Source: Octopus sinensis (lineage: Eukaryota). Taken from it: 64,000 nt of DNA. Made by a program: the position numbers and the translations under genes. Numbering within the stretch: the first letter of the stretch is position 1; the number at the start of each line of letters is the position of its first letter. The stretch is from NCBI RefSeq assembly GCF_006345805.1, contig NC_043017.1, forward strand, positions 11,346,001 to 11,410,000, in the 5' to 3' direction. The notes under the pieces are model-generated. The model saw only the letters and a list, made by a program, of their open reading frames with translations. It did no database searches and was not told where the DNA came from. Shown one piece after another: positions 25,887 to 39,321 of the stretch.

Positions 25887-26133
25887 ATTTGCAATTTTTA
25901 AAATGCAGTCAGCAGGTTTTTGGAGAGACGTTTGTTTTGCACAATTGACAACTGTTTTTACATATACAAATATGATGCATGTATATCCAAATGTATGTAC
26001 TATATATATATAACACTTTTGTATTTTTGTATGCATATATATTATGTATAAGTATATATATATATATTATATATATATATATATATACACACACACGCAC
26101 ACACATGTACACACAAACTCACATGCATACCTT

Positions 26134-26166
<33 letters not shown>

Positions 26167-26702
26167 TTATATATATAAATTAGCTTAACGAACAAGCTGA
26201 TCATTAGCAAAAGCAAATGACTTCCACAAGCCTTGTGTATAATCTGTAATTTGTCTAATAAAAAACATCTGAATATATTTAGTAATTTGTGTCTGTAATC
26301 TATAAATTAATACTATTATAACCAATTACATTAGTTAAAAAATAAAAAAACTTGTTTTCCTTTTATGGTCATATTGCCTAAATGGTCATATTTCTGTTAC
26401 CTGGTGATTTTGTTTATATTGCTTTGTTTTTGTAAGTAATTAATTAGCATGTTTTTGTTTTATATGTATGTGTTACCAACAATTTGGGAGATGGGAGTAC
26501 CTCATCCTTATCAGTAATGGTCACAGAATGTTCTTTGTAATTCCAGTTCTGGAAAAAATAACGACTACTTTGTTAACGTAAAACTTTTGGTAGTGTATCA
26601 ATTCATTGACTTAAATTCCATTAACGTATGTATATATGTATATATGTATGTATATATATATCTATATATACACATATGTATACATATATGTATACATATA
26701 TG

Positions 26703-26760
<58 letters not shown>

Positions 26761-26797
26761 ATATATATATGTATATATATATATATGTATATATATG

Positions 26798-26828
<31 letters not shown>

Positions 26829-27145
26829 GTATATATGTATATATATATATATATGTGTGTGTATATATGTATATATGTATATATGTATATATATATATGT
26901 ATATATGTATATATATATATATATGTCTGTATATATATGTGTGTATGTGCACACACACACACACACACACAGAAAGAAATAGATAGTAAGTATACACACT
27001 TATATGTGTGAGTGCATAGATGTGTGTGTGTGTGTTTCTGTGCTTGTGTGTATGCGAATGTGTACCTGTATTAATAAGGAACTAAAAGAAGGGATACCTC
27101 ATTCTTATCAGCAATAATAACAGCTTGTTGTGTGAGTATATGTAT

Positions 27146-27181
<36 letters not shown>

Positions 27182-27269
27182 AAAAGAGGTGGGTATGCTA
27201 CTTTTTCAGAGGGTCTATTGTTTCTGAATATTATTATTATTATTATTATTGTTATTATTATTATTATTA

Positions 27270-27336
<67 letters not shown>

Positions 27337-27451
27337 CATTATTATTATAATCGTATAATTATCCTTATTACTGTTATTATTATTGTTTTTATTTTCTTCT
27401 CTACTGAAGCATACCCTCTGTGGAAGTATGTACACACACACACACACATAT

Positions 27452-27660
27452 ACTCTCTTTACTCTCTTTTACTTGTTTCAGTTATTTGACTGTGGCCATG
27501 CTGGAGCACCGCCTTTAGTCGAGCAAATCGACCCCGGGACTTATTCTTTGTAAGCCCAGTACTTATTCTATCGGCCTCTTTTGCCGATCCGCTAAGTGAC
27601 GGGGACGTAAACACACCAGCATCGGTTGTCAAGCAATGCTAGGGGGACAAACACAGACAC
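27452..27660 (-). mobile_element. SINE family A, 3' half
   Basis: Reverse-complement match to the tail half of family A. Confidence 0.8.
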
Positions 27661-27802
27661 ACATTCATAAACATGTTCACTCATACACATGTTCTCTCAT
27701 GCACACTCATGCACGTGTACACACACATACATATGCACTCACACACACACACATGCACATGCGCACACCAACAATAGATATTTCATTTACATTGCCTTTC
27801 AG

Positions 27803-28003
27803 TGGTATGCGAAGCACCGACCATCATGAACGGAAAATTAAAGGACGTCTCATCTGGGAAGTTTGTAAATGCCGGAGACACAGTCGCTGCTAATGTCTCG
27901 CTGACGGTTGAGTGTAATCCGGACCACAGTCTCAAAGGGCCACCAGTTGTTGCGAAGTGTGATATGGCAAAATGGACCAATGAGCTCCAGTCATGTGAAA
28001 AAA
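27803..28003 (+). CDS. CCP/Sushi exon A11
   Basis: tttcag acceptor, A|GTAAAT donor, 201 nt. VCEAPTIMNG...AANVSLTVECNPDHSLKGPPVVAKCDMAKWTNELQSCEK. Confidence 0.9.
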
Positions 28004-28686
28004 GTAAATATATTTTGTATTTCTTATTGACTTAATAATTTATTAATTAATCAATTACTATATTTAGGGTGGTTGGCTGGCTGAGTGGTTAGCATGCTAG
28101 GCAAAAGGCATAGTGACATTTTGTTTGTCTTTATGTTCTGAGTTCAAATTCGGCTGAGGTCGACTTTACCTTTCATCCTTTTGTTGTCGATAAAATAAGT
28201 ACCATTTCGGCAGTGGAGTCGATGTAATTGACTTAACCCCCTCCTCACCTGAAATTTCTGGTCTTCTGCCAAAAGGTGAAACCATTACTCTTTTACTTGT
28301 TTCAGTCATTTGACTGTGGCCATGTTGGAGCACCGCCTTTAGTCGTGCTGCCATCCCTGTGCTGGTGAAAGTTTTTTGTGTCATTTCTGTCAAAGAGAGA
28401 AGAGGATCTGAAAAGACAGTGGTTGTCTCAAAATGGAGGAGGTTTAATAAAATGGGAAGAGGACTTAGTAAATGGATTTATGGTGTGAGGAAATCAACAT
28501 AACTAGTTCAAAATGTGCAAAAGTTATTCTTCTTCACTGATGAAACTGACAGCCCAAATGATCGATTGGTGATATTTTGAGCAAGGCCTACGCCTTTTGG
28601 CACACCAGTGTTTTTGAGAAGTTTCTTTCGCACAAAATATCACAGCTGGCCCCATTCATTGTTTGTATATACGGTATAAATGTTAT

Positions 28687-29070
28687 GTGGAGGCACAATG
28701 GCCCAGTGGTTAGGGCATCAGATTCGCGGTCATAGGATCGCGGTTTCGATTCCCAGACCGGGCGTTGTGAGTGTTTATTGAGCGAAAACACCTAAGAGCT
28801 CCACGAGACTCCGGCAGGGGATGGTGGTGATCCCTGCTGTACTCTTTCACCACAACTTTCTCTCACTCTTACTTCCTGTTTCTGTTGTACTTGTATTTCA
28901 AGGGGCCGGCCTTGTCACTCTCTGTGTCACGCTGAATATCCCCGAGAACTACGTTAAGGGTGCACGTGTCTGTGGAGTGCTCAGCCACTTACACGTTAAT
29001 TTCACTTACACGTTAAGTTCCGTTGATTCGGATCAACTGGAACCCTCATCGTCGTAACCGACGGAGTGCT
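28687..29070 (+). mobile_element. SINE family B
   Basis: Near-identical to the other family B copies. Confidence 0.85.
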
Positions 29071-30748
29071 TTCATTCCATTCATTCATAAATGTTATACT
29101 GGTAGTTATGAAATTGTGCAAGTTTTTACCTCTTTCGAAAAAAGGAGGGAAGGTATTGGAAATATATTGGCTGTCTTGAATTAGGGGAAGGTTTAAGAAA
29201 ATAGAAAGGTGTTTAATAAAGGATCCCATGGGGTGAGAGAATTTGCATGACCTGTTGTAAGGAGGTCATCATACTTGAATTGTTAATATATAAATACAAG
29301 GAAGAGAGTATTAATGGTATTGATTTAAAGAATCAAGTAATTCTTTCCCAAAATAGGAACAACATATTCCTGATAACAACAAATCTAAAGGACGAATTCT
29401 TTCTTGACCTGTTTGAAATAGCAGTTGTATCACCCCTCAAATCACCATCTTCTGTCTTCAAGTGAAAAGGAGGCATTTAGTATTATAATCCTAGAAACAG
29501 TGTCTGAAAAAAAAAAATTACAGGATGGTCATATTAGAAATGTCTTTGATCAAGTATTTGCTGAATTGGGGCAACTTTGAAGCTTAGACGATGACGACAA
29601 CAGCAACAACAACAACATGAACAGCTAGAACAACAAAAGCAAATAATGATCTTAGCCACTTCATATAATAGCCTTCTTTCCTTCGGGGTGGTCATGGATG
29701 AATAAGTTTGTGAATACAGGATCTGCAGAACTAGATTTGATCTAGGTTTAAATATAATGATGACCTCATCAGCAACAACAACACATTGTAGTCTTAACAT
29801 TGATTCGTTCATACCACAGCCTCATTTATGTTAGGATGGTCACAAGTGGAATGACTTTTATCACGTGTTTACAGGAACCAAGGCTAGGCATAAGAGTAAG
29901 CCACAAGAACAACGGCAAGAACAGCTGCACGTTACTATCATAACTGAACTCACTTGTGATATAAAGCATCTTTGCTTTGCCTCGTGGTTAGGGAAATGCA
30001 CTCACATTTGCATGATCCTGAGATCGATTCCCAGACCAGCAGAGAATTGAACTCACGAGCAAAGCACTTCATTTCATATTGCTTCAATCCACTCAGCTGC
30101 CAAGGAGTAACAATCTGGTGATAATCTGGCATCTTCTTCAAAGAGGAATGTTGTGATCCCAGTCACTTAATGCTATGGCAACCAAGTAACTGGTCCTGGA
30201 ACTTGAGACAATAATGTCCAAGGATTGAGGCAGTTAGCCTAGTGGTTAGGGTGTTGCATTCTCAAGTGTAAGGTTATGGTTTCAATCTCCAGACCATTGT
30301 ATTCTTGAGTAAAACACTTCATTTTATGTTACTTCAGTTCCCACCGACCCTTACCTGACTCTTTCGTGACGAGTGTTCCAATCGACACAAACAACCACAT
30401 CATGAAATTAACGTGCAAGTGGCTGAGCACTCCACAGGCATGCACGCCCTTAATGTAGCTCTCAGGGAGATTCAGTGTGACACAGAATTACTGCCAGCTG
30501 AATGGATGAGAGCCACGGAGAATGAAGTGTCTTGCTCAAGGACATCACTTGTTGCAGGAAATCAAGCTCACTACCTTATGACCATGAGCCAAATAACCTG
30601 CTAACCATTGAGCCACATGCCTTCAGTTCACTCAGCTGTAAGTGAGTAACCACTCTGTGATGGACTCAAGTCCCAGTCAACGGAAATTTTGTGATTTTAG
30701 ACATTTATACACCATAGTAACCAGATAACTGTCCCTATCAGTGAAGAC

Positions 30749-30966
30749 AATATTTACCTTTACTTTCACAACTATTTTTACTTTTACTTTCACAACTATT
30801 TTTACTTTTACTTTCACAACTATTTTTAATTTTACTTTCACAACTATTTTTACTTTTACTTTCACAACTATTTTTAATTTTACTTTCACAACTATTTTTA
30901 CTTTTACTTTCACAACTACATTTACTTTATTTATCAGATTCAAAACAATATTTACTTTACTTACAA
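30749..30966. repeat. 24-bp minisatellite abutting the A12 acceptor
   Basis: About 7 consecutive TATTTTTACTTTTACTTTCACAAC units plus degenerate units. Confidence 0.9.
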
Positions 30967-30984
30967 CTTTTTTTGTTTTTGCAG

Positions 30985-31178
30985 ATACCTATTGTAGAGA
31001 ATTGAAAGTGGACAAGGAAGTTCAGGTCAATTACAATGGCCCCTTGTCAGAAGGTTCTGTGGCACAGTTTGCTTGCAAAAATGATCTCTGTTTTAAGAGT
31101 AATGATGAGAAGGCAATCTGTGGCAAAAATGGACAATGGATAATTGGCAACATTCCCACATGTGATTGTGGTTCTTGA
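30985..31178 (+). CDS. CCP/Sushi exon A12, six-Cys variant, probably the last CCP of gene A (end given at the in-frame TGA)
   Basis: ttgcag acceptor. TYCRELKVDKEVQVNYNGPLSEGSVAQFACKNDLCFKSNDEKAICGKNGQWIIGNIPTCDCGS*. No consensus GTAAG/GTGAG donor at the position used by the other 18 exons, so the 3' boundary is uncertain (31167, 31170 or read-through). Confidence 0.8.
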
Positions 31179-31771
31179 AATGGGGTCAGTATTTTGCTAT
31201 GGAATATAAAATTGAAGTAACATATCATTATCATCATCATTTAAGGGCAGCGAGCTGGCAGAATCATCAGCATGCCAGGCAAAATGCTTTGTGGAATTTT
31301 ATCCATCTTTATGTTCTGAGTTCAAATTCCACCAGGATCCACTTTGCCTTTCATCCTTTTAGGGATGATAAAGTGAGTTCCAGTTGAGCATTGGGGTCAA
31401 TCTAATCAACTGGTCCCACCTACACAAAATTTCAGGCCTTGTGCCTATAGTAGAAAGGATTATTATTATTATTATTATCAAAATCAAAATCGACCAACAT
31501 CAATGGAAATTGTAGCTGTGATACTAGTGCCGGTGACACGTAAGAGAACCATCCGATCATGGCCGTTTGCCAACCTCATCTGGCACCTGTGCTGGTGGCA
31601 TGTAAAAAGCACCCACTATACTCACGGAGTGGTTGGCATTAGGAAGGGCATCCAGCTGTAGAAACACTGCCAGATCAGACTGGGCCTGGCGCAGCCTTCT
31701 GGCTTCCCAGACCCCAGTTGAACCGTCCAACCCATGCTAGTATGGAAAACGGATGTTAAACGATGATGATG

Positions 31772-31819
<48 letters not shown>

Positions 31820-32612
31820 TAGTGCAATGGATTGGATGAATCATAACAATGTCAGACAAAATTTCCCCGAGTTATTTTAACCTTTCTCTATGTTTTGAGT
31901 TCATACCACACTGAGGTAACAGTTGTCTTTCATCCTTTCTAGGGGCAATAAAAACAAAGTACCAGAGATATACTGGGGTTGATGGTAATGACTAAACCCC
32001 CTCCCCTCAAAACTGTTGGCTTTGTGCCTCAGTCAGGCAATATTATTTACTAAAGGTGACAAAGTAGCTGAAATGCTAGAGAATTGAATGAAAATTGTTT
32101 TGTTGTATTTGTTTTGGTTCTTTAAATTCTGAGTTCAAATCCTGCCAAGGCCAACTTTGCCCTTCAAACACACACATGTTCGTGTGTGTGTGTGTATGTT
32201 TGCGCATGTGCATGGTGTGTATGAATGGGTGCGTCTTTGTGTGTCTGGGTGGTGTGAATGTGTGTTTGTAAGTGTGTGTGTGTGTGTGTGTGTGTAAGAG
32301 AACAGCTGTGGGGTTAAAAAGTTAATTTCTCAACCACATAGTTTGAGGTTCAATCCCTCTACTGTGCCACCAGGTTTACCAAAGCCTTATAAGAAACAAA
32401 TGTGTGGGCAGTGCCTGAATACAAGACGAAAGTGCAAGACCAGTTGACCTCAAAGAACAGAAGCCATTCTTAGAGCAGCAGAAAAAGCTGAGAAAACAGA
32501 CACTGTGCCCCTGCCAATCAGAGACTAAATATGTTCATTCTAGATTCGTTTACTTTAACAATAACTTAACGATTGTTTCATGTTAGACTCTCATCTTGTT
32601 TATCTTTAATTC

Positions 32613-33055
32613 TTTTACTTGTTTCAGTCATTTAAATGTGGCCATGCTGGGGCACAACCTTGAAGGGTTTTAGTTGAACAAATCGTCTCCAGTTTAGTTC
32701 TTATTCTATAGGTTTCTTTTCCAAACTGCTAAGTTACAGGGACATAAACACACCAACACTGATTGTCAAGCAATGGTAGGGGACAAACACAGACACATAG
32801 GCACACACACACTCACACACACAGACACAAAGGCACACACACACACACACAAAGGCACACACACACAAACACAAAGGCACACACACACACACACACACAT
32901 GATGAGCTTCTTTCAGTTTCTGTCTACCAAATCCACTCACAAGGCTTTGGTCAGCTTGAGGTTATAGTAGAAGAAACTGGACCCCAAGTGCCACACGGTA
33001 AGATTGAACTCAGAATGATGTGGCTGGGAAGAAAGCTTCTTACCACACAGCCATG
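32613..33055 (-). mobile_element. SINE family A, older diverged copy
   Basis: Same modules in reverse orientation with many substitutions. Similar degenerate minus-strand copies lie near 12500-12607, 13540-13710, 14040-14420, 17925-18260, 20380-20520, 47715-47870 and 52145-52300. Confidence 0.7.
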
Positions 33056-33107
33056 GTGCTTTTTAATTATTCATGTTCTTAATTAATTTTGTTTCTTCTA
33101 CTTACAG

Positions 33108-33255
33108 AATTCTTTGCAAGAGACCATTCCATATCAAAGACCACATCCAAAGCAAATCAATGAAATACATCAATACCATTCTTTGGTTCTTGGATCAGCT
33201 GTCTCTCACTTGGCACTATTTTTGATGCCATTCAAGTAGAACTAAATCAAATAAA
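33108..33255 (+). other. Candidate terminal (short tail or 3' UTR) exon of gene A with poly(A) signal
   Basis: Long pyrimidine tract ending cttacag at 33107, then non-repetitive sequence. The phase-1 frame gives EFFARDHSISKTTSKANQ*. AATAAA at 33250-33255, with more copies just downstream. Confidence 0.45.
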
Positions 33256-33689
33256 ATTATTTAATCACCTAACTGAATTTGTGTTAATTAAAACAAAACA
33301 AAAAACAAAGAAAAAGACAGCATAAATAAAATTAAAAAATATATGAATGAAAAATAAATTGATTAATTAAATATAAATTTTTTTATTGATTTAATGAAAA
33401 AATCATATTTGCTTAAGAGAGTATGTAAGAATTTGATTTACAAATAGTAAGAACCAGCAAGAAAATGAAGGTTTTGTGGAATTAATCCTTAATTTTTTTA
33501 AAAAGATTACCTCCACTACTTTATGTATACAGATACACACACACATGCACATGTGCACACACACACACACACATGTGCACACACACATGTGCACCACACA
33601 TGTGCACACACACACACAGAGATGACACCCCAACATGGCCACAGTCAAATGATTGGAACAAGAAAAAGGTAAAAGACATACAAGGGGCT

Positions 33690-33892
33690 GCTGAAATGGT
33701 CCTGGATTTAAGGGTACCATGAAAGACCTGGTTGGAGGTCCAAACTTCCAACTTCTTTCACAGGGCTTAGAAAAACTGAAGGACTGCTATAATAAGTGTG
33801 AATCTGAGAGGAGGATATATTGAATAAAATCATAATTAACTGATCCTCCTATATTTCCGTTTACCTAAAAGCCAGGAACATTTCAGCACACC

Positions 33893-33897
<5 letters not shown>
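33690..33897 (+). mobile_element. mariner transposon 3' end remnant
   Basis: Degenerate YNKC...YIE* transposase C-terminus followed by a CAGCACACCCTC terminus and (TA)n. Confidence 0.45.
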
Positions 33898-33932
<35 letters not shown>

Positions 33933-34243
33933 TAAATTAGAGATAAAACCACTATTAGGCAAATCAAACAATGAAAAACTTAAGCCAATACATAAAATTA
34001 ATTAATTAAAATTATTTTAAATATATATCAAAAGTATTAAAAGATTAAAAGATAATGATTAAGACACTACAATCGTTTCATGGCTGTCCAATTCGTAATA
34101 ATTCGAGTTATGGTTACAGTCAATCTTCAGGTGATTGAAATATCTAAAATATAATCAGAAATATTTAAACAATATTTCTAAGATATAAATAATATAATAA
34201 TTTTACTTATAATAAACTCTTTTATCAAACTAGAAACATATAT

Positions 34244-34296
<53 letters not shown>

Positions 34297-34348
34297 CATA
34301 CATATACATATATATATTTACACACACACACACACACACACACACCAC

Positions 34349-34379
<31 letters not shown>

Positions 34380-34394
34380 CATATACATATATAT

Positions 34395-34468
<74 letters not shown>

Positions 34469-34747
34469 TACATATGTATAATGTTTGCATATACATACTT
34501 GCATACATACATATTCTATATTCTTTTCAGTCAAAAAATCTTGCATACACCATTTAGTACATCAGCACCCACCCGAACTAACTGTAAAAGCAGATTGGTA
34601 TTTCAATTGTGTTTATGAGGGTTACAGACAAAGGCTGACTTCTTTTTATTTTATTAAGAACCAAATTTTCACTAACAAAAGATCAGATGTTTATTTATTA
34701 GTCATCGTCGTCATCATCATTGTCACTTTTATTATTATCATCATTAT

Positions 34748-34779
<32 letters not shown>

Positions 34780-34824
34780 TTATTATTTTTATTATTATTA
34801 TCATTATTATTATTATTATTATTA

Positions 34825-34867
<43 letters not shown>

Positions 34868-34896
34868 CATTATTATTATTATCATTATTATTATTA

Positions 34897-34930
<34 letters not shown>

Positions 34931-34997
34931 CATTATTATTATTATTTTTATTATTATTATTATTATTATTATTTATTATTATTATTATTATTATTAT

Positions 34998-35028
<31 letters not shown>

Positions 35029-35034
35029 TTATCA

Positions 35035-35087
<53 letters not shown>

Positions 35088-35101
35088 TATTATTATATTA
35101 T

Positions 35102-35133
<32 letters not shown>

Positions 35134-35154
35134 TTATTTTTATTATTATTATCA

Positions 35155-35185
<31 letters not shown>

Positions 35186-35459
35186 TATTATTATTTATTA
35201 TTATTATTATTATTGTTGTTGTTGTTGTTGTTGTTGTTCTTGTTGTTATTTATACACATGGGCTTGTGGCAGTTTGTTTTAAAATGAAATTAAACATGAA
35301 TATCATATGAACTGTATAATGAAATTATATATATTTAAAATAATGCATTTGCAGCAACATACAGATATGTTTATACCAGTGTGTGCTATGTATGTGTGAA
35401 TGTGTGTGTGTGTGTATGTGTGTGTATGTGTGTACATGTATGTATGTATGGCTATATAC

Positions 35460-35507
<48 letters not shown>

Positions 35508-35562
35508 GAAATATTAAAATTACTAAGTCTCTATAAGAATGCCATATTAATATGGCGATAAC

Positions 35563-35627
<65 letters not shown>

Positions 35628-35654
35628 TACACACACACAGACACACAAACACTC

Positions 35655-35689
<35 letters not shown>

Positions 35690-35932
35690 AAGAGATACAT
35701 GCCTACATACGTACATATATATATATGTGTGTATATATGTGAGTTTGGAGGGATATATTATCCAGGCTCTCAGTTATGTTCCAGGTTATGGTTAAGCACA
35801 TCGACCAGTATCTAACATCTATGACTACCATTAGTTGTCGGTCACTCTGTAAATTCCTCCCATGGATAATTCTGTATTCGTTTCACTGGACAGTAATATT
35901 ATCTGGAATGTATAATTGCAATAATTATAATA

Positions 35933-36338
35933 GGCGCAGGAGTGGTTGTGTGGTAAGTAGCTTGCTAACCAACCACATGGTTCCGGATTCAGTCCCACTG
36001 CGTGGCACCTTGGGAAAGTGTCTTCTGCTATAGCCTCGGGCCGACCAAAGCCTTGTGAGTGGATTTGGTAGACGGAAACTGAAAGAAGCTCGTCGTATAT
36101 ATATATATATGTATGTGTGTGTATATGTTTGTGTGTCTGAGTTTGTCTCTCTAGCATTGCTTGACAACCGATGCAGGTGTGTTTACGTCCCCGTCACTTA
36201 GCGGTTCAGCAAAATAGACCGATAGAATAAGTACTGGGCTTACAAAGAATAAGTCCCAGGGTCGATTTGCTCGACTAAAGGTGGTGCTCCAGCATGGCCG
36301 CAGTCAAATGACTGAAACAAGTAAAAGAGTAAAGAGAG
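35933..36338 (+). mobile_element. SINE family A, full length
   Basis: Near-identical to 486-884. Confidence 0.85.
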
Positions 36339-36765
36339 TATGGAAATTTCTGACCAGGTCAGAAATTTTCAGTGGTCGCATGCATATGTATAAATTTATT
36401 TTGAAGAATTGGAACATTCCACCTATTCCTGACTTATCATTTAAGGTCTAAGGAGGACAGTTCTTTTTTTAGATTTTTACTTTTTATTTTTTTTTAAATT
36501 TTAGTTTCTGTTTTCCATTTTCCATTTCTCGTTTTCCATTTTTTACTTCCTGCATTTTCTGTATGCTGCCTCCTCGGTTTTTTCATGTTTCTTTAGTTCA
36601 TTATGATATGTGGTTGGCACCTGAAGAATATGTTTGAGATATTTCTCAACATATGAAACTATTAGAAGCACTTAAAGAAATGTATTGTGTCCTTCAAATA
36701 AATAATATTTATATCTCACCAGATGCAGTACTTTTTTAGTTGAATTTTCTATCATGGATCAGTAC

Positions 36766-36812
<47 letters not shown>

Positions 36813-37015
36813 GCACATATACACATATACATACACACACACTCACTCATACACACATGCATGCATGCACACAAACACACATATAAATGAATTTACGTGT
36901 ATTGTTAATAAAATTGACAAAATGTTTACTTTATTCTTTTTGTCAATTTTACTGAATAAAATACGTCTTATGCTGACACAGACCAAGACAAGTCTGCTTG
37001 GAGTTTGTTTTATCC

Positions 37016-37425
37016 AGGAGTGGCTGTGTGGTAAGTAGCTTGCTAACCAACCACATGGTTCCGGGTTCAATCCCACTGCGTGGCATCTTGGGCAAGTGTC
37101 TTCTGCTATAGCCCCGGGCCGACCAATGCCTTGTGGGTGGATTTGGTAGACGGAAACTGAAAGAAGCCTGTCGTATATATGTATATATATATGTGTGTGT
37201 GTGTGGGGCGTTTGTGTGTCTGTGTTTGTCCCTCTAGCATTGCTCGACAACCGATGCTGGTGTGTTTACATCCCCGTCACTTAGCGGTACGGCAAAAGAG
37301 ACCGATAGGATAAGTACTGGGCTTACAAAGAATAAGTCCGGGGTCGATTTGCCCGACTAAAGGCGGTACTCCAGCATGGCCGCAGTCAAATGACTGAAAC
37401 AAGTAAAAGAGAAAAAGAGTAAAAG
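37016..37425 (+). mobile_element. SINE family A, full length
   Basis: Near-identical to 486-884. Confidence 0.85.
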
Positions 37426-37940
37426 AGTATACATACAAATACATTTGTGTGTGCATGTACATACATATATATATATATGTATACATATGCATGTATATCA
37501 TTCATGCATGTAACTTTCTTCGTTTTTTCCGCCCTTGTTTTCATTTACATTCACTGCTTTCTTCCAAGGAATCTAATGTTCTTAGCTTAGTTTTTCCTTG
37601 GGGTTGGCCAGATTGGAGCAACCTCGAGTATAACCAGCCAAAATTGCAAAGATAATCTGGAACTCGACTGAGGAAAGAAAACTTCGAATGACCCATCCTT
37701 GTTTTCTTTGTATCATCTATCTGGATGTTTTGTTGTCCCTTTCTTGTATCACCTAACTGTCTGGAGGTTTTGTGTTCTTGTCCCATTTTGTGTGTATATA
37801 TATATACTTATAAGAGACCAAAGTGTATGTACGCTGCTATATTTTATATATAAAAAATACAATAATGGGACACTTACATGTGTGTGTATATGTATGTATG
37901 TATATATATATATATATTATATATATATATATATGTATTA

Positions 37941-38262
37941 TGGAGATCTACTTGCATAGCAAGTGACCTGATCTGAGATCGTGTGCTGAAACAAAAACAA
38001 TTGCAGCGTGGAAGGTGTTTATAAGCCATTTAAAAACACACAAAAATCGTTGGACTCACTTCAACATTTAAATTTAATTTGCCAAAATATTTCCATCACT
38101 TTGAGACCGCAACCTGTTCATTGATGGCACGGAATTTTGTCAGTGAAAGATCGTGGTCTCCAAGCGCCGAAAATATTTTGGTAAATTAAATTTAAATGTT
38201 GAAGTGAATCTAATGGTTTTTGCATGTTTTTAAATGGCTTATAAACACCTTCCACACTGCAA
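37941..38262. repeat. Hairpin element, same family as 8187-8493
   Basis: Same 5' leader (GGAGATCTACTTGCATAGCAAG) and inverted arms, with a longer loop. Confidence 0.8.
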
Positions 38263-38331
38263 CTGTATATACGTGTGTGTGTTTGTGTATACACATACAC
38301 ACACACAAACATATATATATATATATATATA

Positions 38332-38657
38332 GGCGCAGGAGTGGCTGTGTGGTAAGTAGCTTGTTTACCAAACACATGGTCCTGGGTTCAGTCCCACTGC
38401 GTGGCACCTTGGGCAAGTGTCTTCTACTATAGCCTCGGGCCGACCAAAGCCTTGTGAGTGGATTTGGTAGACAGAAACTGAAAAAAGCCCGTTGTATAAA
38501 TGTATTTATATATGTGTGTTTGTGTGTCTGTGTTTGTCCCCCTAGCATTGCTTGACAACCGAATAAGTCCCGGGGTCAAGTTGCTTGATTAAAGGCGGTG
38601 CTCCAGCATGGCCGCAGTCAAATGACTGAAGCAAGTAAAAGAGTAAAGAGTAAAGAG
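38332..38657 (+). mobile_element. SINE family A with internal deletion
   Basis: Matches family A but jumps from GACAACCG directly to AATAAGTCCC. Confidence 0.8.
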
Positions 38658-38937
38658 TATATATATATATATATATAAAGATACACACATACATATACCT
38701 ACACCTTCTGATACACTTATACATAAGCTCATATCAATAAAATTTACCGATTCCATCAGATAAGGTCTTATCAAGCCTCAGATCTGCAGCAGTGTGTAAT
38801 TCCACACTGCTTTTCTTAACAGCAGAGAATACAATTCCTTACTTAGAGGCAATGAAGTCAATGGCTGAAATATATTCTCTGTAACAGGAATACAATTGAC
38901 TGTCAAAGAATTCCATTTCCTTATAACTTATATAATG

Positions 38938-39321
38938 TTGAGGCGGCGCAATGGCCCAGTGGTTAGGGCAGCGGACTTGCGGTCATACGATCGCGGTTTC
39001 GATTCCCAGACCGGGCGTTGTGAGTGTTTATTGAGCGAAAACACCTAAAGCTCCACGAGGCTCCGGCAGGGGATGGTGGTGATCCCTGCTGTACTCTTTC
39101 ACCACAACTTTCTCTCACTCTTACTTCCTGTTTCTGTTGTACCTGTATTTCAAAGGGCCGGCCTTGTCACTCTCTGTGTCACGCTGAATATCCCCGAGAA
39201 CTACGTTAAGGGTACACGTGTCTGTGGAGTGCTCAGCCACTTACACGTTAATTTCACGAGCAGGCTGTTCCGTTGATCGGATCAACCGGAATCCTCGTCG
39301 TCGTAACCGACGGAGTGCTTC
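38938..39321 (+). mobile_element. SINE family B (in tandem duplication unit 1)
   Basis: Near-identical to 28687-29070 and 40175-40556. Confidence 0.85.

Noticed and set aside
29100-29850. Possible minus-strand reverse-transcriptase remnant (FKQVK, KYDDLL)
   Set aside because: Motifs are too degenerate to assign without a translated search.
30749-30966. Regular 24-bp repeats as a CRISPR-like array
   Set aside because: Units are contiguous with no unique spacers and the context is eukaryotic; it is a minisatellite.
33108-33240. GPI-signal-like C-terminus (HSLVLGSAVSHLALFLMPFK*) in the phase-0 frame
   Set aside because: A12 offers only phase-1 donors, so this frame cannot be reached without an unseen intervening exon.
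34531-34620. Good acceptor (ttcttttcag) followed by KKSCIHH...WYFNCVYEG
   Set aside because: Only two Cys, spacing too short for a CCP, and no frame-compatible donor. It could be a non-coding exon but is unsupported.
36921-36990. MFTLFFLSILL as an alternative signal peptide for block B
   Set aside because: The hydrophobic core is interrupted by NKIR and the only nearby donor (A|GTCTGC) is poor.
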